Origin: an uncultured virus (IMG/VR IMGVR_UViG_3300015366_000220)
Lineage: Duplodnaviria > Heunggongvirae > Uroviricota > Caudoviricetes
Length of the DNA: 64,000 nt
Strand: one strand, 5' to 3'
Virus record (IMG/VR): IMGVR_UViG_3300015366_000220
Within the stretch, counting starts at the first letter, position 1, and every line of letters starts with the position of its first letter. Positions 56,483 through 64,000 of the stretch are shown one piece after another. The notes under the pieces were generated by a model. That model was not told the DNA's origin. It saw nothing but the letters and a program-made list of their open reading frames with translations, and searched no databases. A program made the translations under genes and the position numbers.

Positions 56483-57219
56483 GGAAGCACCCCATTATAC
56501 TTTTCTAACATTTTCCTATTACCATTCTCAAAGAATGGTGCTTGAACAGATAATCCCGTATTACCAACACGATATTTTACACTATACCCCCTAGTACAGT
56601 CAAATTTCAGCTTATTGTTTTTATGCATCAAAACAGCTGCAAGTGCGCGATCAATCTCCATCTGACCCGGTTCTCTGAATTTCCTATACCAAACAGGAGC
56701 AATGCTGGTGGCAATATCTTTGCGCACGAAATAACAATTCACATCAATGAAAAAATCTTCATCATGGAGGCACGAAGCCCACATACCTAGACTTTCACAA
56801 TCATCCAGACATAAAACATTACCATCTTTATCTATAATCTTTCTTAGAGAATATGCCCAATCCAGCTTATTCGTTTGAACCAAATCAACCAGTGATTGAA
56901 TATGATTTGGTTCAAGCATATTATCATCATCTAACCATATGTGATAATCGCCCTCCGCAATAAATGTGCATGCACCATAAATTCTATGCCCATTGTATCT
57001 ATTTTTCCCAATAGAATATGGTAATTGAATAATTGCTTCATTATCTGATGTACTATTGAATCCTAAATCTTGGAATACGGAAGATGCTGCTTCTGATCGT
57101 TCATTACCATCAACAGCAACCAAGTGCTGGATATTTTTATATGTCTGTCTACGTACAGATTCAATGCACTCTTTTAGAAGTGGATTTCCTGTGGTAGGTG
57201 TTATCACTGATACTCTCAT
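56461..57219 (-). CDS. GT2 glycosyltransferase
   Basis: VSVITPT, SV..QTY.NI.H.V.VDG and LDDDN motifs. Confidence 0.85.
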   Translation of the reverse strand: MRVSVITPTTGNPLLKECIESVRRQTYKNIQHLVAVDGNERSEAASSVFQDLGFNSTSDNEAIIQLPYSIGKNRYNGHRIYGACTFIAEGDYHIWLDDDNMLEPNHIQSLVDLVQTNKLDWAYSLRKIIDKDGNVLCLDDCESLGMWASCLHDEDFFIDVNCYFVRKDIATSIAPVWYRKFREPGQMEIDRALAAVLMHKNNKLKFDCTRGYSVKYRVGNTGLSVQAPFFENGNRKMLEKYNGVLPWKKNKQ

Positions 57220-57379
57220 ATTTTACTCTCTGGTTTTCTATATCTATTATAAATGGGGATTCTTCTATTGAGGCTGGATATGAATAGTCTACACATTCTC
57301 CAGCGCAAACCCTCCATATATCTGATGGACATACCATTTCTTATATTCCATATTTTATATTTGATCATAGGTATCATGA

Positions 57380-58033
57380 TTAATCCCACAAATCTTGGAA
57401 ATACACACCAAATAATCTAAATCCATTTTGAACACGCTTTTTATGTTTCTTCAATTCTTTCATATATGTCACGTATGTATGATTATCCCCCTCAACCATT
57501 TTAAATAATTCCGGATTATCCTCACATCTCTCGAATTTATAATCTATGACACCAGTACTGAATTTTCTCTCTGATTCAGGATCCAGCATATCCTCGAAAG
57601 CAAAAATCATTTCATCTAACACCCAATCCCACCGAACATCATGGTGTTCGTCTACATCCCAACGACTTTCTGCTTTTATTTTTCGGCGTAGTTCTTTTGG
57701 TACGTCTTTATCATCAACATACGCTGATCCACGTTTGGTTGATTTTAATTGTTTGAGCATTGGTAGTATAATCAACGCCAAAGTATCATTCATTCCCCAA
57801 GTATCATAATCATCAATACGGATTTTTACTTTACGCTTCCGTTTGCTATCAAGCCAGATACACGCTTTATATAGCCAACTTTTTTCTCTGCTATGAGTAT
57901 CATATATCCCCCATGCTAACCAATCACCAAATGCGTCAATTTTTGCCTCGTCTTTAGACCAGAACATTAATTTTCTTGCGATTTGGTAAGGACCAATCCA
58001 TTCCTTATGTTCACCGATATAAACTTTCATCAT
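57380..58033 (-). CDS. conserved phage hypothetical protein
   Basis: DTWGM..TLA.IILPML.QL, WDWVLDEMIFAF and NGFRLFG.Y...LWD motifs. Confidence 0.75.
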   Translation of the reverse strand: MMKVYIGEHKEWIGPYQIARKLMFWSKDEAKIDAFGDWLAWGIYDTHSREKSWLYKACIWLDSKRKRKVKIRIDDYDTWGMNDTLALIILPMLKQLKSTKRGSAYVDDKDVPKELRRKIKAESRWDVDEHHDVRWDWVLDEMIFAFEDMLDPESERKFSTGVIDYKFERCEDNPELFKMVEGDNHTYVTYMKELKKHKKRVQNGFRLFGVYFQDLWD

Positions 58034-58311
58034 TCTACCCCAAAGTGTTTCTTGATCGCATCAGCATACATATTTCCTGTGGGTTCTTCCCATTCTTCAA
58101 CACCAACACCAACACAAACATCTGCGCATTTTTTCACGATACTTTCTGCGAAATTCATGATTATATCATCCATTTGTTTACTTTCCCGTGCACGAAACCA
58201 AAGATTCTCTATCATTTCTTTATTCATAATGAAAACAATCCCAACAAAATAAAATGTCCCCAGTATACTTCTTTTTACATCCATCACAAGTCCAATAAAA
58301 CCCCAAATCAA
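58030..58311 (-). CDS. hypothetical protein (start probably MNKEMIE)
   Basis: FAESIV..C...IKKHFGVE family. Confidence 0.55.
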   Translation of the reverse strand: MIWGFIGLVMDVKRSILGTFYFVGIVFIMNKEMIENLWFRARESKQMDDIIMNFAESIVKKCADVCVGVGVEEWEEPTGNMYADAIKKHFGVE

Positions 58312-58471
58312 GGAATTCCTGTTCTTTCATCTTCATATGTGGCTCAATGCAATTATCATATAATTGCCTCATTTTTCTAATGATAGTTGATTTCTCTTCT
58401 TCTGGTAAGAGTCCATAATCATGTCTATATGTTATACACATATCATGAATTATATTTTCTTTATTTTTCAT
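58220..58471 (-). CDS. hypothetical protein
   Basis: MCITYRHDYGL motif; CxxC pairs. Confidence 0.55.
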   Translation of the reverse strand: MKNKENIIHDMCITYRHDYGLLPEEEKSTIIRKMRQLYDNCIEPHMKMKEQEFLDLGFYWTCDGCKKKYTGDILFCWDCFHYE

Positions 58472-58881
58472 TATACCATATTCCGCAAAATTTTACCAAT
58501 CTCCAATAAAGCATCTGCTGCGCCAAAAGCGGCTTCTCTATTATCTATAGCAGATTCAGCAACACTTCGTAATTGATTTATTCTATCTGTATGTGCTTTG
58601 ATTTCATTTAATCCATATCCGGTTTCCCGTGAAACCTCTGTCCTATTCAGGATATCAATATCTCTTTCAGCATCACTTGCCACTCTATGCCAATTTCTAG
58701 CTGATCTGACAAAGGAATTGGCGGCAGTATTACATAGCACATCAATTGGTCTCTCAACACCACGATACACATTATCATATGGGATTTCAGTTTCTGTCAT
58801 TTGTGCTTCCCCTGCATTTAACATATTCATTATAATCCAATTGCAATATATCCTCAATTGCCTTATCCGGATCAATTCCAA
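58471..58881 (-). CDS. hypothetical protein (start probably MTETE)
   Basis: ORF track. Confidence 0.5.
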   Translation of the reverse strand: MELIRIRQLRIYCNWIIMNMLNAGEAQMTETEIPYDNVYRGVERPIDVLCNTAANSFVRSARNWHRVASDAERDIDILNRTEVSRETGYGLNEIKAHTDRINQLRSVAESAIDNREAAFGAADALLEIGKILRNMV

Positions 58882-58968
58882 AATCTTCCATATCTTTTCT
58901 TGCTTGATCAGGGAGATTAACTATTTGCTTGGCTCTCCATTCTTCGTAAGGTATAATTTTGTCCATAC

Positions 58969-59205
58969 TCACCTCCAAAACTCTTTCTTAGCCTGTTCCC
59001 AAACTTCCCTTGGGTGCATCAAACACCACAATCCAATATAAAATGGAGCAATAATAATACACAGTATTTTGAAGTTCCATAGTGGTTTAACATCCACAAT
59101 TTTTTGCATAGGTATAATTAAAGGAAGCGACATAACCGCAACCCACACAATCTGATAGATTGCACAACAAAGGAACAACCACCCACCACCAGTTAGCCGT
59201 TTCAT
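58969..59205 (-). CDS. small membrane protein
   Basis: Two hydrophobic segments. Confidence 0.5.
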   Translation of the reverse strand: MKRLTGGGWLFLCCAIYQIVWVAVMSLPLIIPMQKIVDVKPLWNFKILCIIIAPFYIGLWCLMHPREVWEQAKKEFWR

Positions 59206-59371
59206 TCTTTAATCTCCTCACTGTGTCCACATGCAGGACATTTTAAAACATTGATAAGTTCTAATGTTTCTGCGTTTATCATCGGCGGTCGAATGATAAA
59301 CGAGACGTTCGATTCTATATCGGGTTTAATCGCTTTACCTAAAATCATTTCAGTTCCACATTTTGGACAAA

Positions 59372-59638
59372 TCATTCTTCAACTCCATAAAAGTGTTCTA
59401 AAATCTTTTCATCTAAATGAAGAAAGTACCCGCACGATTCTAATGGCACTTCTTTATATACTTCATTGGTAATAGATCTACATTCTGCCACAATCAACTT
59501 AGCAAATTTCTCTAAATGATCTGTGGTACAGCCAATGTTCCATTTAATTCTTTCTGGTATACCAGCATCTGGCATAACCAAATCCATTAAAATAGAGCCA
59601 GCATGTTGTTCAGCCAATTCTTTAATTTTTTGATTCAT
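59372..59638 (-). CDS. hypothetical protein (LEKFAKLIV.EC family)
   Basis: Paralog of 27483-27701. Confidence 0.6.
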   Translation of the reverse strand: MNQKIKELAEQHAGSILMDLVMPDAGIPERIKWNIGCTTDHLEKFAKLIVAECRSITNEVYKEVPLESCGYFLHLDEKILEHFYGVEE

Positions 59639-59760
59639 TTAAAGCCTCTCTACATTCAATTAATAAGTCTCTCACCACATCATGATTGGCAAGCTCCGGA
59701 TTAAATAATCCACCAGTTGATAAATATTCTGTAATCTTATCAACCAATTGTTTGTTCCGT

Positions 59761-60003
59761 TCATTCATCATTTGGTGCTCGTGTGATAGGTTTGGTATTC
59801 ATCTCTTTGAGAATTTGTTTAAGAGTGTCGCAAAATTTGTCAACGTCATATTCATCTATTGACCAACGCTCTGTTTTAATAATCAGAAAATGACCAACAC
59901 CGCTGTTTTGTGTTTGCACAGTTAGATATTGACCACCAACATTTGAGTCGCATGTGTCAGGATCTTGATAATAAATGTGAGTTTTTTCGACAATTTCCAT
60001 CAT
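59761..60003 (-). CDS. hypothetical protein
   Basis: IKTERWSID motif. Confidence 0.55.
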   Translation of the reverse strand: MMEIVEKTHIYYQDPDTCDSNVGGQYLTVQTQNSGVGHFLIIKTERWSIDEYDVDKFCDTLKQILKEMNTKPITRAPNDE

Positions 60004-60519
60004 TTACTCAATATCCTCATACAATAAAACCAACTATTAGTTAATCTACATTGTTTCCACATATAAATTTCATACCAAATTCCCAGAGCAATAACAGCAA
60101 CAATTGCTGTTCCCATTACTAAAATCATTATCTTATTTTTCATTAATCTCCCCACTACATGGCTCCCATATTATAGTCACTGTTGGGATTGATTCTACAG
60201 TAGGATTGAATCTAACGTCAAATGCTTCGGTAACATCACGACTTACATCGACTATTGAGTCGCCATCATATTGTTTTTCGAATATAGCATTCTTTTCTGA
60301 CTAATTCATATCTAATTGATCCATGTGTAATAGGCTCAGATACTTTTTCTCGGACAAGTTTGACTCTTCCTTCCGTGTTAGTCCTACCTAGAAATACATT
60401 CTTGTAGTAGACTTTCCATTCATACAAATTTTCATCAATCATTTTACCTCTATCAAAGGTTTATAAGCACTACCACCCCACCAAACATCCCGCCATCGGC
60501 ATATGGAAATTTGTTCATT

Positions 60520-60993
60520 TTATGGAGCACGAAAGTAAAGATCAAGCTGGAATAGAGTAGAATCCAAATCAGTGTGGTGAATAGCGAATCCACCAGCTGT
60601 CTTAAATTCATCGACATTATCCAAATGATCATCTATGAGAATATGATATGCTGCCGCATAATCCTGTTTGTATTTTTTCCCAGCTACAACATTGATTGGG
60701 CAATCAAATCCGTTAGATTGTAGCCAATGGATTTTTTGTTCTTTAATGGCATCATAATAATCCTCCCCACCACTAGAAGATAGAATTTCATAAGGAATTC
60801 CTGTTTCCTTCACAGCCTGTAGAAGCATTTTACCATCAACGTGCCAATCAAGATGCTTGAATTGCTCAGTCAGCACCCAATGCTCCCAATTCTCTTTCCA
60901 TTTGGTTTTACTGGTATTACCATATAGTCCGAAATAACGTCCATTAAAGTCCGTCAGTACGCCATCCATATCTAAATAAATTTTGTTAATCAC
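60520..60993 (-). CDS. HAD-family 5'(3')-nucleotidase-like protein
   Basis: YLDMDGVLTDF, ILSS, K..WL and LIDD motifs. Confidence 0.85.
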   Translation of the reverse strand: MINKIYLDMDGVLTDFNGRYFGLYGNTSKTKWKENWEHWVLTEQFKHLDWHVDGKMLLQAVKETGIPYEILSSSGGEDYYDAIKEQKIHWLQSNGFDCPINVVAGKKYKQDYAAAYHILIDDHLDNVDEFKTAGGFAIHHTDLDSTLFQLDLYFRAP

Positions 60994-61479
60994 TCAGTTA
61001 ATCTCCAATCCATCAGTTCTCTCTGCACTAGGGAATACATTAGTAAAAAGGAATTTACCATCAAGAACAATCACTCTCACCAAACGCCCAGCCGAACATC
61101 GCAAGTAATCCCTACCACCATCAATCATATATTCTCCCTTCATGACGCAATCATGGCGATATCGGGACACAATAACTTCACCATCATCACACAGAATACC
61201 CATGATAGGTTCTGAAAATGCTGATTCGGCATTTGTTATCATCCATCCAAGATCGTGTATTAGTGTATATTGCGTATGAAACAGACCAAAATAATTAGTG
61301 TGCCCTTTTGATGTGTCAGGATTCTCCACATAGAAGACATCAACAGGGTGTTCATTCCACCCGCCCCCGCTGTTCTTTGTGCACCAATAACCCATGTATT
61401 TGGCATTGTATCGTTCTTCCATTTTTGCTATACCATTTTCGCTAAAATGGAATCCGCATTTAGGGGTGTTTATAAACAT
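60994..61479 (-). CDS. conserved phage hypothetical protein
   Basis: SRYRHDC...MIDGGRDY motif. Confidence 0.65.
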   Translation of the reverse strand: MFINTPKCGFHFSENGIAKMEERYNAKYMGYWCTKNSGGGWNEHPVDVFYVENPDTSKGHTNYFGLFHTQYTLIHDLGWMITNAESAFSEPIMGILCDDGEVIVSRYRHDCVMKGEYMIDGGRDYLRCSAGRLVRVIVLDGKFLFTNVFPSAERTDGLEIN

Positions 61480-61480
61480 A

Positions 61481-61702
61481 CTATACTTTTTGTATCAGTT
61501 TAGATACAGAATGCTCCGCTATTTTAGCTTGAATCATTGTTGGGATATCTGTGTATGGTTCTTCAAGATAATAAGAACAACCATTCACCCAGTTATTATA
61601 CTTTACGAACTTCGCAAAGTCAATCATATGCTTCCTGTTCTTGGGATCAAAGGAAACACGAGGTTTCTGTATCAACACAGATTGTTTGTATATATTGGTC
61701 AT
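61481..61702 (-). CDS. hypothetical protein
   Basis: FDP.N..H and W..GC...LE.PY motifs. Confidence 0.6.
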   Translation of the reverse strand: MTNIYKQSVLIQKPRVSFDPKNRKHMIDFAKFVKYNNWVNGCSYYLEEPYTDIPTMIQAKIAEHSVSKLIQKV

Positions 61703-62097
61703 TTTAGCACCACATCATACCCTTTACTGTTTAAAATTTCAATAGCATCCAACAATTGCAGCCTAACCGCATTATCTTCGTTACGTTTAGCTTGAATTTC
61801 TTCCAACTGATTAAGTTTGTTTTTATATAATTTCACCTTATTGGGTAATCCCCCAATCACCCCTGTCTCTTCTATCCGTTTCGAAAGACGAGATGATAGA
61901 TTTTTTCTGTATTGCGGATCTTTTGCCAATTCTCTAGCAAAAGCCCTTATTTTTCTGGGGGTATTCAAACCCGCAACAGCAAGCACATCATCATCAAAAT
62001 TATGAAATTCAAAAATATCCTGTTGAGCAAAATATAAAACAATTTTATATGGCACCTTCACATTGATTCCTGTGTCTTTACTCATAACAATCTCCAA
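61699..62097 (-). CDS. hypothetical protein
   Basis: ORF track. Confidence 0.55.
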   Translation of the reverse strand: MEIVMSKDTGINVKVPYKIVLYFAQQDIFEFHNFDDDVLAVAGLNTPRKIRAFARELAKDPQYRKNLSSRLSKRIEETGVIGGLPNKVKLYKNKLNQLEEIQAKRNEDNAVRLQLLDAIEILNSKGYDVVLK

Positions 62098-62358
62098 TCA
62101 ATATTCATGGTGGATTTTCAAATAATCCACATTAAACAATCTCTCACTTGGACGATATAAGCACATTTCCCCATCCCAACCACCCATAGAAAATAGTGGA
62201 TCACCTTCCATGACAGCTTTAAACATCACCCTACGACCTGTATGGTGACTATCAACATATAGCTGTCGTGGCATACCAACGAATTCGGACGACAAAACCA
62301 AACATTTTTGGGTTTTGTTGTATGAGCATGTTGCCATCTTTACTGTGGGGATATTCAT
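62098..62358 (-). CDS. hypothetical protein
   Basis: ORF track. Confidence 0.55.
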   Translation of the reverse strand: MNIPTVKMATCSYNKTQKCLVLSSEFVGMPRQLYVDSHHTGRRVMFKAVMEGDPLFSMGGWDGEMCLYRPSERLFNVDYLKIHHEY

Positions 62359-62368
62359 GATATATACT

Positions 62369-62656
62369 CTAATCTTCGATGTTCATATCATAGAATGCTT
62401 CGATTTCATCTTCGATACGATTTTCATCGTCACCATCCATTTTATTACGAAGCCAATCAGCCCTATAACCCTTCCTATCTAAAATGACATATTGGATATC
62501 TGTATATCCATAATATTCCATGGCACTTGATGCTCTACGATTATAAGATCCGGCAATATTTTCATATTGTGTGATCATAACCTGACAAGGAATCCCATGG
62601 ATTCTGGTGGAGAAGTCACCACGCTTTTTCTTTGGGGCTAATGTGTTCGTGTTCAC
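62369..62656 (-). CDS. conserved phage hypothetical protein
   Basis: GIPC, YYGY and LDRKGYRA.WL motifs. Confidence 0.65.
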   Translation of the reverse strand: MNTNTLAPKKKRGDFSTRIHGIPCQVMITQYENIAGSYNRRASSAMEYYGYTDIQYVILDRKGYRADWLRNKMDGDDENRIEDEIEAFYDMNIED

Positions 62657-62832
62657 GATATTATTTCCAAGGATAGTAAATTGAATCTAAATCTGCCGCA
62701 TTATCCGCATATTGCGAATTGTGATTTTCGATAAATTCCAATTCATCATCGTCCGAATACTGGGGAGAATCCACCACTTGATCTTTAGTATCATCAGACA
62801 TATATCCTCCCAACCACTTAATCTATGGCTAC

Positions 62833-62860
62833 ATTATATAGAAATGCGGGGGAAAGTCAA
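62833..62860 (-). promoter_or_regulatory. sigma70-like early promoter
   Basis: TTGACT-N16-TATAAT. Confidence 0.7.
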
Positions 62861-62888
62861 CAAATAAAATCGTATTTAAAACAACGAC

Positions 62889-63122
62889 TTACGTGTGATA
62901 TAGGGTTTTTGAATATAAAATTCCCAGAAAATAGATGATTAATAGTGCCAGAGATACCACCCACAGGCTGGCTTCCTTCATACGCACACCAGCCCAGCAC
63001 CATCCAGCATTACCAGCAAATGCCAATACAACGTTGTATGGGAATAGGTTGAGGCTGCTCAGTATGGATGCAACTATTAACAATATTGTGGATGACCATT
63101 TCAGAATAGTATCAAATTTCAT
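62889..63122 (-). CDS. small multi-pass membrane protein
   Basis: Three hydrophobic segments. Confidence 0.6.
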   Translation of the reverse strand: MKFDTILKWSSTILLIVASILSSLNLFPYNVVLAFAGNAGWCWAGVRMKEASLWVVSLALLIIYFLGILYSKTLYHT

Positions 63123-63634
63123 AATAATAACCCATCAGGCATGTTGTAGACTCGCTGTATTACGTTAGCTTCGTTCAGCATTAAATTTGCATGATCTATT
63201 GAGTAGTGTGTCCCTGCTCCCTTACCACTAAAAGCTCTGTTTGGTCCTATAATCTCCTTGATGCCAGCTTGTATCAATGCCCTTGTACAATCAGCACAAG
63301 GTCTTGGTTCAAAATTCAAATATGCTCTAGCACCACACAATCGTATTCCATGTCTAGCAGCATTGAATATTGCATTTCTTTCGGCATGTTCTACCCAATT
63401 ATATTTTTCCGGTCTTTCCCACCTAGAAGGTATAGTCTCGTCTATATCACGAGGAAATCCATTGAACCCCATAGACAACACAACATTATCATCACCCACA
63501 ATCACACAACCAACTTTAGTTGAATCATCTTTACTTTTTTGAGCAATCACTTGCGCTTGTAAAATGAACAATTGATCCCAACTAAGATTCTCACCACTAT
63601 TCATCATATTAGATTTCATCCAGAAGATTACCAT
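63119..63634 (-). CDS. dCMP deaminase (start probably MNSGEN)
   Basis: SKD.STKVG, HAERNAI, PCADC and IQAGI motifs. Confidence 0.92.
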   Translation of the reverse strand: MVIFWMKSNMMNSGENLSWDQLFILQAQVIAQKSKDDSTKVGCVIVGDDNVVLSMGFNGFPRDIDETIPSRWERPEKYNWVEHAERNAIFNAARHGIRLCGARAYLNFEPRPCADCTRALIQAGIKEIIGPNRAFSGKGAGTHYSIDHANLMLNEANVIQRVYNMPDGLLL

Positions 63635-64000
63635 GAATCCATATGGATGTGTTGTTTATTGTGGCTGTCTTAATTTGATCAGCATCAAGAATATAGTTAC
63701 CATTTCCATCAAACGAGTTGATTGTTATTTCTGATTTTTCTTGTGGTTTTTGAAATGATACACCAGTACTACCAAAACCACCACTGCGTTCTGAGTATTG
63801 TGTTGGATGCTCTTTCAATTGGATGATGCTAACCAATTCATTAACGATGACTTCACCCTGTGCAATCCTATCTCCAATATTAATGTTGGTAACATTATTG
63901 CTAATATTGGTCAGCATAACAAATACTTCCTGCTGGTAGTCAACATCAATCACACCCTCTGAATTGGCTAGTACCAATCCTTTTTTCAGTGAAAGTCCTG
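63609..64000 (-). CDS. dut: trimeric dUTPase, 5' end outside the window
   Basis: GLSLKKG, GVIDVDY, GDRIAQ and R.GGFGSTG motifs. Confidence 0.92.
   Translation of the reverse strand, partial: GLSLKKGLVLANSEGVIDVDYQQEVFVMLTNISNNVTNINIGDRIAQGEVIVNELVSIIQLKEHPTQYSERSGGFGSTGVSFQKPQEKSEITINSFDGNGNYILDADQIKTATINNTSIWIHGNLLDEI

Noticed and set aside
1432..63542. Numerous plus-strand ORFs in the track
   Set aside because: They are antisense to well-supported minus-strand genes and lack recognisable motifs. Only 51-1333 is accepted on the plus strand.
1..64000. Stop-codon reassignment
   Set aside because: Core genes are full length in the standard code, and TAG (nrdA, gp43), TGA and TAA all end genes at expected positions.

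Overview
A 64-kb segment of a large, AT-rich T4-like (Tevenvirinae-related) myophage genome. It is very likely a metagenomic contig, because bases 1-48 are an untrimmed Illumina Nextera adapter. Nearly all genes are on the minus strand. The core replication and nucleotide genes are DNA polymerase gp43, UvsX, helicase gp41, primase gp61, DNA ligase, a RuvC-like resolvase, NrdA/NrdB/thioredoxin, ThyX, dCMP deaminase and a partial dUTPase. A late block holds a GH19 endolysin, a holin candidate, nested Rz/Rz1-type spanins (implying a Gram-negative host), collagen-like fibres, putative internal head proteins and Dps. The window also has many sugar-modifying enzymes, two DNA methyltransferases, an RNA ligase/kinase pair and hypervariable arrays of small early genes. 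The most striking element is at 16010-16304 (minus strand). A sigma70 promoter drives three tandem structured RNA units that share a covarying terminal stem and a U(A/G)CAGCAA motif. Each unit carries a different anticodon-like loop (Phe GAA, Lys CUU, His GUG), and one contains a complete circularly permuted tRNA whose acceptor stem is capped by GAAA. The array lies directly upstream of a DUF2828-type (Ro60-like helical + vWA) gene, so this is a candidate new Y-RNA-like/tRNA-mimic ribonucleoprotein system. A second structured, partly tRNA-like element lies behind a T4-type late promoter at about 20915-21006. All protein calls come from motif recognition by eye; no database searches were run.
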